In this document: positions 18,501-27,686 of the stretch, piece after piece
How the letters are laid out: the number at the start of each line of letters is the position of its first letter
Numbering within the stretch: position 1 is the stretch's first letter
Virus record (IMG/VR): IMGVR_UViG_3300035701_000017
Length of the DNA: 64,000 nt
Origin: an uncultured virus (IMG/VR IMGVR_UViG_3300035701_000017)
Taxonomy: Duplodnaviria; Heunggongvirae; Uroviricota; Caudoviricetes
Reading direction: 5' to 3' (one strand)
Notes under the pieces: model-generated
Told to the model about the DNA's origin: nothing
Database searches by the model: none
What the model saw: only the letters and a program-made list of their open reading frames with translations
Position numbers and translations under genes: made by a program

Positions 18501-21204
18501 CTTGACCTACAACATTTATTGATAAATCAGGTGCATTACTATGAATAATGATTGTTTGATTTACTAAAGAATTATTCATTGCATAAAATGACACATCAAA
18601 ATCATACGTCTCATTTGGATCAATACTAAACTGATGAATTGATGTCGAAAATGGAAAACTAATAATAACATTAGTAACGAATAATTTTACAGTACCTGAA
18701 TTTTTAAGTCTAATTTTTTGTGCAACAAATGAATTAACTTTTGCAATAAACTTTATTGTATCAGTCATTCTAGTTAATGCTGTTATATTAGCTATTCCCT
18801 CTCCCGTAACATTTACAATCAAAATAGGATTAATAACATCATTTGATAAAATTGTTATTACACCGTTTTGTACACCAAGTTGTTTTGGTGAAAAAACAAC
18901 ACTTATATTATTTAAAGATTTTTTATTTATTGTAACATTAAGCGTTGCTAACTTACTATCATACGTCACCTTTAACGCTTTATTTTTAGCATATATGTTA
19001 AATGTTAAAACTCCACTATTAGTGTTAGCAGAAAATTCAGTACTGTTTACAGGGTCTCCCAAAGTGTATTGCTCACCTGATAAACTATCAACAACAGTTA
19101 TTGAATCCAACATTAATGATGCATTTTTAACTGTAGCAATATATTTTGCATCTAAATCTGAATATGTAACAGTAACATTTTCTTCATGTGATGATTTAAA
19201 ATGAAACACATCATTGTTTGATGTCATTGACACAACCAAATCAGCGTCATTACTATTATTTGTAATAACTACTTCTTGAACTTCGCTAGTGCCAATCGCA
19301 ACCTGCGCAAAATTCATACTATTAGTAGATAATACTATTGTAGGCGAATAAACAAATCCATCATATTGCATAATTGCAGTTGCAGCATACTGTAATAATT
19401 CTCCAACTCTAGCATTAAATTTCAAATAGCTTGCTACTTTTCCTATGCCAGTGCACAATATTGACACAGAAATAGCTACAGATTCACCGGGCAATAATGT
19501 TGCAGGTAAATTATTAGCTGTAATTGTATATGTAGTAACACCTGACAAATCAGTGACAGTTAAGCTGTCAACAACTGCACCATAAAAACTTCTATTAATT
19601 ATTGTTATTTCAGTTGTTGTAGCAATGTCTTTAGTTAAAAAATCATTCTTAATAACATCAGGTATAATTCTTAATGCGTAATTGACACTAACAACTGCTG
19701 TTAAATTAATTATTTCTACAGGATGTGTAATGTCATTGGTCTGCATTATTAATGAATTTGTAATATTACCTTCAACATCACTTGAAAATGAAACATCAAC
19801 AACTGATGAGCTATTTGCAGAAACAATTAAACTATTTGGTACTATTTGAAAATTCAATACATCTTGAATTGTCACAGATAAATCTACAGATTTTGTATTT
19901 GTAATAGTAAACGATAATTTTTTTACTTCACCAAGTTGAACAGTTCCAAAATCAAGAACACTAGTACTCAATTTTATTCCAGGTGATTGAGCTTCTCCTG
20001 AGATACTTATATTATGTGGATTATTATAAGAATTACTTTGAATTACAATGTTGTCTGAGAATATAATTTCGCTTATAGAATCAACACTTATTTGAAGAGT
20101 AAAACTAGTGCCATAAGGTATAACATAAGGATATGTAATTGGAACTGTGAATGTTGTCCCTGTAACAACAGGAAAAACAATATTGTTTAATATAGCATCA
20201 ACAACACCAATATTCGTAATAATAACATCAACAGTCTTTGTAATGTTTAATGAATAAATATCAAGATCAATCACAGTAGTTGAAAAACTTAATACTGGCA
20301 CTGCCAATCCTGATCCACTATAAGTTAAAATTATGTCTCCAGCATTAGTTGATAAAGTCAAATTGCCTAAAATAGCTGTTAATGTCAATGGCGTAAATGT
20401 AATAGTAAACAACTGTGATTGCATTGCTAAAATTTTAACGCTTGCAACATTGGACGTAACTTCAACATCATCTACTGTCACAGACGTCACAACTAAATTA
20501 ACATCTAAATCAGTATTTGTTAATGTAAAGTTTAAACTATTTGGATTGTTTATTGGAACTGATCCATAGCTTAATGTTGATGTTGACAATGAATATGATG
20601 GAATGCTTGCTAAACCAGACACACCGAATGAATAATAGCCGACTGAGTCATTTGTAAATATTTCAATTGTATCATTTTTCAAACCCATGCTAGTAGGGCT
20701 AAATGTAATTGAAATATTAGCAGAAGCACCGCCAGAAAGTTGAAAACTAGTTTGAGCTATTGAAAAATTTGAATTTGTATGTGAAACATTTACAGTTAAT
20801 ACTGCACTATTACTAGATGTATTTGTTATTTGTCTAGTAACTGTAATAGAATCACCGACAGCTAATTTATTAAAATCAATACTGCTAGTATCAATACTGA
20901 CTGTCGGCTCTAACACATTAGCTGTTACATTGATAATTTCATCAGATCCTGCATCATAAGACACTGTAATAGTTCCTGTTGCAGACAACGACGTTGATGC
21001 AGTATATTTAACAGTTATGTTTTTAGAACTACCTGCGTCAATTGGAATTGAAATTGGAGCTATTTCATAGTCTGGGCTTGAGCTAATTATATTAGTTATG
21101 TTTATGGCTGATATACTGTCATTATATATTGTAACAGTTTTAGTTATAACTGAACCAGCAGATAATGAGCCAAAATCTAAATAAGTTGATGATAGTATTA
21201 GCAT
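15577..21204 (-). CDS. Virion protein with about 10-11 ASH/choice-of-anchor-D-like Ig repeats and a helical, Cys-rich C-terminal region
   Basis: Repeats LDFG......T.TITN.....L.V...I.V.FSP...G...I..ND.....V...G.G. Confidence 0.7.
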   Translation of the reverse strand: MLILSSTYLDFGSLSAGSVITKTVTIYNDSISAINITNIISSSPDYEIAPISIPIDAGSSKNITVKYTASTSLSATGTITVSYDAGSDEIINVTANVLEPTVSIDTSSIDFNKLAVGDSITVTRQITNTSSNSAVLTVNVSHTNSNFSIAQTSFQLSGGASANISITFSPTSMGLKNDTIEIFTNDSVGYYSFGVSGLASIPSYSLSTSTLSYGSVPINNPNSLNFTLTNTDLDVNLVVTSVTVDDVEVTSNVASVKILAMQSQLFTITFTPLTLTAILGNLTLSTNAGDIILTYSGSGLAVPVLSFSTTVIDLDIYSLNITKTVDVIITNIGVVDAILNNIVFPVVTGTTFTVPITYPYVIPYGTSFTLQISVDSISEIIFSDNIVIQSNSYNNPHNISISGEAQSPGIKLSTSVLDFGTVQLGEVKKLSFTITNTKSVDLSVTIQDVLNFQIVPNSLIVSANSSSVVDVSFSSDVEGNITNSLIMQTNDITHPVEIINLTAVVSVNYALRIIPDVIKNDFLTKDIATTTEITIINRSFYGAVVDSLTVTDLSGVTTYTITANNLPATLLPGESVAISVSILCTGIGKVASYLKFNARVGELLQYAATAIMQYDGFVYSPTIVLSTNSMNFAQVAIGTSEVQEVVITNNSNDADLVVSMTSNNDVFHFKSSHEENVTVTYSDLDAKYIATVKNASLMLDSITVVDSLSGEQYTLGDPVNSTEFSANTNSGVLTFNIYAKNKALKVTYDSKLATLNVTINKKSLNNISVVFSPKQLGVQNGVITILSNDVINPILIVNVTGEGIANITALTRMTDTIKFIAKVNSFVAQKIRLKNSGTVKLFVTNVIISFPFSTSIHQFSIDPNETYDFDVSFYAMNNSLVNQTIIIHSNAPDLSINVVGQGEYPAMVLPTSFAFDDTALNTTSNKTLTVSNSSNVDLVVELKLTSQYFSITPASMTVLANNSYDIKVSFKPTEVVTYNDVIKIMSDDPLHSQVDFVITGKGVNKPVIEVASKLEFDKTNVRESSQRMLEIFNNGSETLNVTNVVVTENLVSFSVTSSTSISIAPQSSSQITVVFSPKSAPKDYIRGNLKITCNDTAHNIVDVLLKGVGYQPDGEWVSFNLQDMMPDALMSVANGVNNVITPLKVILNLIKQVMNLVKVFLVDSSSALKAILQMIYDLIDKYVQDLGASGLYLLPVFPNVNYYDVNNNSSKFAKFLASVGGGSEVFKQKVVNSFDDIFDTKRPQFSDNGECAAFVIAVDSGNIATIVKGIIALKKIFTSIDWEPDVQEPQSVQAMSGTDITIRWDLPEVVKFNVAGIFNQQKFVDMIYGFEVYRSEKQSVLITASQDYYDSNNQPIAKKGDIIDISTNKKVDPLQPIVKATEFFKSVKDFAVGFVSTGQQPISSIGYSYPDTSASEGKSYFYSIRTMMNETGPFSSLSNEVAATKTKPETIVAGQEFLNRCVNFRCNRVKDKTKLSMTLPEPKVKLIETTGLVIQSKSLFARDKVVPDAGLQQVNNFTVMINSIKIDINNLVVRNVSETERRIAHDKLKIDVKKFYDPDNGPMIWDDSNDTAEGKDQYFEILNKTKLVAGWDLLVVYNNGNTILTISDVSKIGYKSDDIIVVELYENEYKASCIKGMNVFNEIKCNNGTNKQFCTLYSNARCIYHSGTACLNVGNTNTGGRCIPNVTFFDPYTCQDATVGGFVAIANRAHTNDANYCIETTGICAGYRSLSEDTLGPYPNWSSINAQALIKPIEAFIEVLKKWVDRELAGIQSGSETVTQFIDLLARKIEELEKIIDTIQQIVETITSIFSSDVGFHILMIEPASGGSERIKRLIQTAEGGPSSGSDGYTAGLVMLIGGPELKAVYQFLQLFFKK

Positions 21205-21398
21205 TTGTTAAATTTCATCTCCTGTAATTTTTTGTCTAATTCTTGTTTATCTATTTGAATGACACCTAAACGTCTCAAACTATTTAGCTTTTCTTGTAAT
21301 TCATTTTTTTCATGTTCTAAAGTCAACTTCAAAGCATTTAATACAGGCACTAATAAATTTTGAGGACCAATAGTGTTTGTCTTTTCCCATTTATTCAT
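21198..21398 (-). CDS. Small coiled-coil hypothetical protein
   Basis: 66-aa ORF, AGGA RBS, tightly packed in the operon. Confidence 0.6.
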   Translation of the reverse strand: MNKWEKTNTIGPQNLLVPVLNALKLTLEHEKNELQEKLNSLRRLGVIQIDKQELDKKLQEMKFNKC

Positions 21399-21401
21399 AT
21401 T

Positions 21402-24400
21402 TTATCCTAGCATTGCTTGTAATTCAGCAATTTTATTGTTATTTTCAATAATTGATTGTTGCGTGTTTATTATTTCAATCTGTTTTTCACCAACTTTGAA
21501 ATATGATCCAGTTTTTTTATTGAGTCGTTTTACAACCTCATTCCACCTATCATTATATAATGTCGGTGTCAACTGAGAATTAATTTCAAGTATTCTGTTT
21601 ATTATCTGTGTTAGTCTAGCTAATATGTCATTAATTCTACTCAAAACTTCAGCTTGTCTTAGACTCATTTTAGCGTTGTTAATAATGCTATAAGTTAAAA
21701 CAATGCTTTTGTTTTCATAACCCTTATCAATCGACTTTATTACTGATAAAATTGATTCATTGACTCTTATTAACGATGAACTAGGAATATTTTGTACATT
21801 AATTGTAGGATTGCACAGTAAATTATCTAAATAAAAACCAAGTCTAGATGCAGCATCTGATGAAATGATTTCAATTTTATCATTAGCACTAAATTTGATG
21901 TATGAATTATCATTAGAGACAATAACACCCACTAAACCACTTAAATTGCTAATCACTTCATTTGTACTAACAGAATAATTGTTTGTAAATAAACCAGTGC
22001 CAGTTAATTCATTTAAACCTAATTTTAATGCAACTTTTGCCGTTCCATCTGATACATTAACAGATGATAATGTACCAGATGTGCCTGAATACAAATAAAA
22101 TAAACTACCATTATATCTACACGTAAAATTTGTATATGCAGGTTGATTATCAATATTATCTGCAGTGATTGATCTAATTAATTGTTCAATTGCATTAGCT
22201 GTTTCATATCCATTACTAGTTGCAGTAGTAAAAGTTATAGTTCTAGACGATTCAGAATTAATTGATAAAATCAATGTATCAGCTATACCAACAATAACTG
22301 CGGGATCTAAATCAGAAATAGATGAACCCATAGTAGCAGATATAGTAATTGTTTGTGTGGGCTGATTTCCAATTTTAATAGAAAAGTTATCACCACTAAA
22401 TAAAATAAATTTTTCTTTAAATCTTGACCATAACTCTGCTTTTAAACTAACTTGATAGCTAGTATAGTTTAAAATAATATCATTTAAAATATCAACAACA
22501 TTATTGTACGATGAATAATCATAATGTAAGTCTTCTTCACTACCACTAGACCAATATACAATGGTAGAAATATATGAGTTAGTAATATTTATTATGACGT
22601 CAGTAACAGCATGAGATATACTAAATTGGTCAACATAATTTGTCATATTAGTTGTAATTAAAAAAGCTGTTCCAAAATGAGACTTAAAATTTATACTATT
22701 AGAAAACAATGGCGACATATTATGCATTGGTAAATATTTATTGTCACTATAACGACATTCAATAGTTTGAGTATCATATAACTTTTCAGGAGGATTAACA
22801 AAACTAAAAGCTAATACTTCGTTTCCACCTTCAGAAAATGAACTAGTAGGTATAACAGTAGTTTCACTACGAATTGACAATGAATGTATACTATTTATAT
22901 TTGACATCACGCTATTATATTCGTTTAACAAATTATAATATTCAGTATCAGTCATGCTACTCATAGCATGAGTAGTTAATTGTTTACTGTTGATTCTAGC
23001 GACATCAGTGCATACACTTAATTCATATTTTACAATTGATTCAAGCTTATTTAAATGAGCTTCGTTATAAATGCTAGACAAATATTCTGATAAAAATGAA
23101 TTTTCAAACTGTAAAAAAGTTAACTCACTATTTAACAGACTTGACTCAAATGAAACATTAACATCAATATAATACGGCGGTTCATTGTTCAAATAAGTAA
23201 ACGACACAAACTGAGGAATTAATGTCATACTATAAAAGTCAGCACCTGAAAAAGTCACTGCATTACTTGTAAAAGATGTGCCGTTAATGTCAACAAAATT
23301 TGCAAATCCAATACATGTTGCTATGCTAGTATTTTTATTTGTTCCCGTACCAAATAATAATGTAACTGTTGTTTGAGCTGCAATAATAAATGTAGCAGTT
23401 TTACTTTTATATTGTACTGTAAATTTATTGGTACTGCCATTGTTTAACGTGTCTTGCAGCAATTCAGCTAATTCAGCTTCAACATATAATCCTGAAGGTA
23501 TTGTTTTAACAACAGTCGTTGTGTCAATAATATCAATATGATTATTAGTTGTATCCACTCGTAATTTATTACCATATAGTCGAGGTCTTGACAAACTTGC
23601 ATTATCATAATCAGACGTAGTTTGTAAATAAACGGATACACTTGATATTGGAACATTATTTAATGAAATTATTGAATAACATTTATATGATGGATTATTT
23701 AAATTAGAACAGCTAATCACAGTTTTTTGATTTAAATAGTCATATAAACTTAATAGAGTTTCGTATGATGTTTCATTTGCTTTTCTATCAGTAGGTTCAT
23801 TCATGCCAATAAAAGATAAAAGATCTCTATTAGTATCACTAGCAGGCAAAAATTCAATTGATGATGTAGCACCAAATGAACCAGAATACACTATAAATTT
23901 TTGACTATCAAGATAATATGTGCATTCAGCACTAGTATAACCACCTGAAGCAACTTCTCTAAGTTTACTTTGTATCATTGAAGCAATTATTGCTCCGTTA
24001 TTTGAAGCTGCTGGAAACATTGGTCCATCATTAAAATTTTGACGCCAATCCTGACTATAATCATCTAAAGCATAACCAAGTGAACTAAACACAGGAATTC
24101 TTGTATCAAAAACCATCTCAATTTGTTGTTCAACATTATCAATTTTTACTTTTAATTTATTGTTAGCATATTTTCCCGGCACTTTAACTTGACTACTTGT
24201 AAACTTCATTAATACTGATAAATCATCAGTAGTATTCGCACTAATAACTTCAACTGTTGATGAAGGGCCAACAGTGCCAGATGTAATAGTAAAAGTTAAA
24301 ATACTTTGATTGTAAAAACATTCAGCATCTGTAAAACCGGCATCGTTTAATGCAGACTTAACTTGAGCAGACAAAATTAATGGATCTACAATTAAAGTAC

Positions 24401-24953
24401 CGTCAGTTTGAGACGTCAATATATCTTCGTCAATTATTATAATCTCTTTTTCAACATTATCAATTTTTACTTTCAATTTATTATTGCCAGAATGTATTCT
24501 ATAAGTTTGCGGTACATTCTTCTCAGATGTAGATGATCCGTATCTGTCTCTTGTCCAGATTTCAAAATCTGGGCCTACTGATTTTGAAACAATAAATGCT
24601 CTTGATGAGATAATGGGCACATCAACGAAAGGTATATTATTCTTTTTAGCTAAGAATCTACCATCATTAATAGAAATTGTAGTACTGGGTTCAGTTGTCG
24701 TTACTTGAAAAGCATTTTCTTGAACAGGTGCTATTATTGTTTTACCTGTCAATAATCTTCTTTCTTCTTCAAGTGAATAAACATGAGCATGTTTTTCATC
24801 AACAAACTTTTTTGATGAAATATCAAACAATGTAAGATTATTTACTTCACGTAATCCTTCAGTAATACTTTCTTGTAATTGAGTATTGTTCTTTTTTAAT
24901 TCATCAATTTTATTTTGAATTAACCCACGATCTCTTTCACTTAATTGAGCCAT
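21402..24953 (-). CDS. Virion structural protein (coiled-coil ends, repeated beta domains)
   Basis: Repeats NNKLKVKIDNVE and FTI.SG..G..S.V.V; baseplate context. Confidence 0.6.
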   Translation of the reverse strand: MAQLSERDRGLIQNKIDELKKNNTQLQESITEGLREVNNLTLFDISSKKFVDEKHAHVYSLEEERRLLTGKTIIAPVQENAFQVTTTEPSTTISINDGRFLAKKNNIPFVDVPIISSRAFIVSKSVGPDFEIWTRDRYGSSTSEKNVPQTYRIHSGNNKLKVKIDNVEKEIIIIDEDILTSQTDGTLIVDPLILSAQVKSALNDAGFTDAECFYNQSILTFTITSGTVGPSSTVEVISANTTDDLSVLMKFTSSQVKVPGKYANNKLKVKIDNVEQQIEMVFDTRIPVFSSLGYALDDYSQDWRQNFNDGPMFPAASNNGAIIASMIQSKLREVASGGYTSAECTYYLDSQKFIVYSGSFGATSSIEFLPASDTNRDLLSFIGMNEPTDRKANETSYETLLSLYDYLNQKTVISCSNLNNPSYKCYSIISLNNVPISSVSVYLQTTSDYDNASLSRPRLYGNKLRVDTTNNHIDIIDTTTVVKTIPSGLYVEAELAELLQDTLNNGSTNKFTVQYKSKTATFIIAAQTTVTLLFGTGTNKNTSIATCIGFANFVDINGTSFTSNAVTFSGADFYSMTLIPQFVSFTYLNNEPPYYIDVNVSFESSLLNSELTFLQFENSFLSEYLSSIYNEAHLNKLESIVKYELSVCTDVARINSKQLTTHAMSSMTDTEYYNLLNEYNSVMSNINSIHSLSIRSETTVIPTSSFSEGGNEVLAFSFVNPPEKLYDTQTIECRYSDNKYLPMHNMSPLFSNSINFKSHFGTAFLITTNMTNYVDQFSISHAVTDVIINITNSYISTIVYWSSGSEEDLHYDYSSYNNVVDILNDIILNYTSYQVSLKAELWSRFKEKFILFSGDNFSIKIGNQPTQTITISATMGSSISDLDPAVIVGIADTLILSINSESSRTITFTTATSNGYETANAIEQLIRSITADNIDNQPAYTNFTCRYNGSLFYLYSGTSGTLSSVNVSDGTAKVALKLGLNELTGTGLFTNNYSVSTNEVISNLSGLVGVIVSNDNSYIKFSANDKIEIISSDAASRLGFYLDNLLCNPTINVQNIPSSSLIRVNESILSVIKSIDKGYENKSIVLTYSIINNAKMSLRQAEVLSRINDILARLTQIINRILEINSQLTPTLYNDRWNEVVKRLNKKTGSYFKVGEKQIEIINTQQSIIENNNKIAELQAMLG

Positions 24954-24965
24954 TTTATCTCCATG

Positions 24966-25583
24966 TTAAACAATTTTCCCAGTGTCAACGCCTGTTCCAG
25001 GGACTGGCGGAAAAACCGGCGGAATAGGTCCGATTGCAATTCCTGTAATTGTAGTTGTAACAATTGTTTGTTTAATTGAGTTTGCAACACCTTTGCCAAT
25101 TGCATTTGCTAATTTCTGAGCATATTGTCCTGTCATGCCTTTTGCACCCATTTGCGCAAAAATTAATGCACCCATTGAACTACCAACAACTCCTTTTATT
25201 GTTCCCGTACCAGATCCAATTGCAACTATAGTTGAAGCACCTTGGACCATTGCTGTCGCCATGTGTTTTGCAACACCAGCTCCAATTGCAGATGCCAATT
25301 TTTGTGTGTATTCTCCTCGTAAACCTGCAGCTGTCATTTGTAAATATATCATATTTCCAACAACTGTTCCTATAGTTACGCCTGCTGCCAATTTACCTGT
25401 TGATGCTCCAGCTCCTATAGTTAATCCTGTTGAAGTGCCATTATAAATTGCTGATGCTAATATTGAAGAAACAACGCCACTGCCTATAGCTTGACTTAAT
25501 TTCATGACATATTGTCCCGTCATACCTTTTGCAGTCATTTGCAATTGAATCAATGCTGCCATTGCTGCTCCAGAAATCGGCAT
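24966..25583 (-). CDS. Ala/Gly-rich repeat protein after the spike (possible spike tip/capping protein)
   Basis: Three repeats QM.A.G..G.Y..KLA.AIG.GV; directly downstream of the spike gene. Confidence 0.45.
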   Translation of the reverse strand: MPISGAAMAALIQLQMTAKGMTGQYVMKLSQAIGSGVVSSILASAIYNGTSTGLTIGAGASTGKLAAGVTIGTVVGNMIYLQMTAAGLRGEYTQKLASAIGAGVAKHMATAMVQGASTIVAIGSGTGTIKGVVGSSMGALIFAQMGAKGMTGQYAQKLANAIGKGVANSIKQTIVTTTITGIAIGPIPPVFPPVPGTGVDTGKIV

Positions 25584-25592
25584 TCTATCTCC

Positions 25593-27686
25593 TTACATTG
25601 TTGCTTTTACAGTCATGCTTCCTTTTAACGGAAGTCCGACTAGAAAATCCATGTGCGATGGCGACGCTCCTGCACCCGTTACAACTCCCGATTTAGCAGG
25701 GATTTTGCCTAATTCAACCATGGGTGCATTTACTGTCACCTTTGTAGCGCTAATTATTTCCACTGCAGTCATCCCATTGATCGTGACCTTTTGCGTCTTT
25801 GAACTCATATTAACAGTACCGGTCGTAGTTTTTATTGTAATGTTGCCACTCGTTATTACTACTTCAAAGTCACCGGTCTTTATATTAATAGATTTTTTAC
25901 CGGAAGTTATAGCTTCTTTACTATCACCTGATTTTATTGTCTCAGTTATATTTCCTGTCTTTACATCTATCTTATGATCACCTAATGTAATGCTTTCTTC
26001 TATGTTTCCCTTTAACAATGTCTCTTTATTACTGCCATTCGTCAAACTTACTTCTTTATTTCCCAACATCAATGTTTCTTTACTATCACCAGAAACTAAC
26101 TTTACTTCTTTATTGCCCAATGTCAGAGTTTCTTTTTTATCGCCCTCAATAATTGTCAACTCATCACCGTCTTTTGCTATATCTGTTTTTACACCCTTAC
26201 CATATTTACTTTGTTTTTGCTTTACAACAATCTCTTGATAATTACCACCATAATTTGTCATCTTATCATTAACATAGTTTTCAGCTTTAACACCCAAAAT
26301 ATCTTCCTGAATCTTACCTTTAACTATTAAATGATATGACCCATCAACCTCAACTGTCTTATCACCTAATACATGTTCATAAGCATTACCTGCATAAGTT
26401 TCATACTTTGCAAACCCTGACTTATCAGGCGCTTTTACATTTATATACAACGCTCGATCTAAATTCCATTCGCAGCTTTTCATGGACTCAGAATCAAACC
26501 CGCAATTCATTACTATTTTTCCAGTAGTGTTCAATTCTATTGATTTTTCACCAACATTATTTTTACCAATATGCAGTCTTATACTTCCATCAGCTGCAAA
26601 TTCTAATGATCTATTTGCACCCAATGGATGCGATGTTGATGATCCTGCTAAATGAACAAATGCATGTCCTTCTTTATCAACATCGAATTTTGTGCCACTA
26701 GCAAATTTCATTTGATACGCAGACGCTAAATTATAAAATTCATTTGGCTTACACACTAAATCATCGACTGATACTTTATCACCTGTAAAAATCTGTGGCC
26801 TTAAAACTTTTCCATACTTTTCCATTTGTTGTTTTTCATTACCAACTAATGTTCCAAATAATTGACTTACTAATAGCTGACCTTTAGATGTACTATCAGC
26901 AAAGTCTTTTGAATCATAAGATTCAACTACATCCAATATAGCATTTGCAACCTCTCTTACCTCAGTTCGTACTTCAGTAAAGGCTCTACCATTTTTATCT
27001 ATTGTTGGCCCATCTGTAACTATATATAATGGCAAACCATTGTCCATTATCACTGGATCGACAGTTGGAGCAAACGGTCGTATGATAAGACCATTTAATA
27101 TTCTAGCAGCATTAGTATACAAATGATTATTTATTGAATTAAAACGAATTGTTCTATCAGCACTTGAAAGAATTATTTCATTTAGCTTTGAATCAGATAT
27201 CATTATATTGTCGTCAAGAAATATTTCTGAACCATGCGTTGATTCAAGACCTACATCACCAGGATATTGTTTTCGTTTCTTTAATCGTACAATATTCCAT
27301 CCTACTTTATCATGAATTCCATTTATCTCTTTTACATCACTAGATGTTTTGCCATTATTGTAAACATAATTCATTGATCTAAAATATTCATTATCCAAAT
27401 AACCTATAATTAGAGGCATGCCTGTCTTATTTGTTAATTTTACAAATCCGCAAATGACTAATGATCCAGTTTCAGGCATACCACCGATAAAAGCTCTGCC
27501 TGTAAAAAACGGATTTGTTATTGGAATGTCTTTAGATAAGACTGGATTGGACCCAAATTGAATATCAACTTTATTACGTTCATTGTCAACCCTTACAATA
27601 CGACCTATTTGTAGAAACTTATAAAAATCTACAAATTGATTGAATGAAGGATCTTCATGACGTTGAATAAAAGCTTTATTTGGCAT
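25593..27686 (-). CDS. Baseplate central spike (gp5/gpV/VgrG-like): OB-fold plus beta-helix
   Basis: GRIVRVD...VDI...GGMPETGSLVICGF; C-terminal G(D/N)x(K/E)x repeats. Confidence 0.75.
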   Translation of the reverse strand: MPNKAFIQRHEDPSFNQFVDFYKFLQIGRIVRVDNERNKVDIQFGSNPVLSKDIPITNPFFTGRAFIGGMPETGSLVICGFVKLTNKTGMPLIIGYLDNEYFRSMNYVYNNGKTSSDVKEINGIHDKVGWNIVRLKKRKQYPGDVGLESTHGSEIFLDDNIMISDSKLNEIILSSADRTIRFNSINNHLYTNAARILNGLIIRPFAPTVDPVIMDNGLPLYIVTDGPTIDKNGRAFTEVRTEVREVANAILDVVESYDSKDFADSTSKGQLLVSQLFGTLVGNEKQQMEKYGKVLRPQIFTGDKVSVDDLVCKPNEFYNLASAYQMKFASGTKFDVDKEGHAFVHLAGSSTSHPLGANRSLEFAADGSIRLHIGKNNVGEKSIELNTTGKIVMNCGFDSESMKSCEWNLDRALYINVKAPDKSGFAKYETYAGNAYEHVLGDKTVEVDGSYHLIVKGKIQEDILGVKAENYVNDKMTNYGGNYQEIVVKQKQSKYGKGVKTDIAKDGDELTIIEGDKKETLTLGNKEVKLVSGDSKETLMLGNKEVSLTNGSNKETLLKGNIEESITLGDHKIDVKTGNITETIKSGDSKEAITSGKKSINIKTGDFEVVITSGNITIKTTTGTVNMSSKTQKVTINGMTAVEIISATKVTVNAPMVELGKIPAKSGVVTGAGASPSHMDFLVGLPLKGSMTVKATM

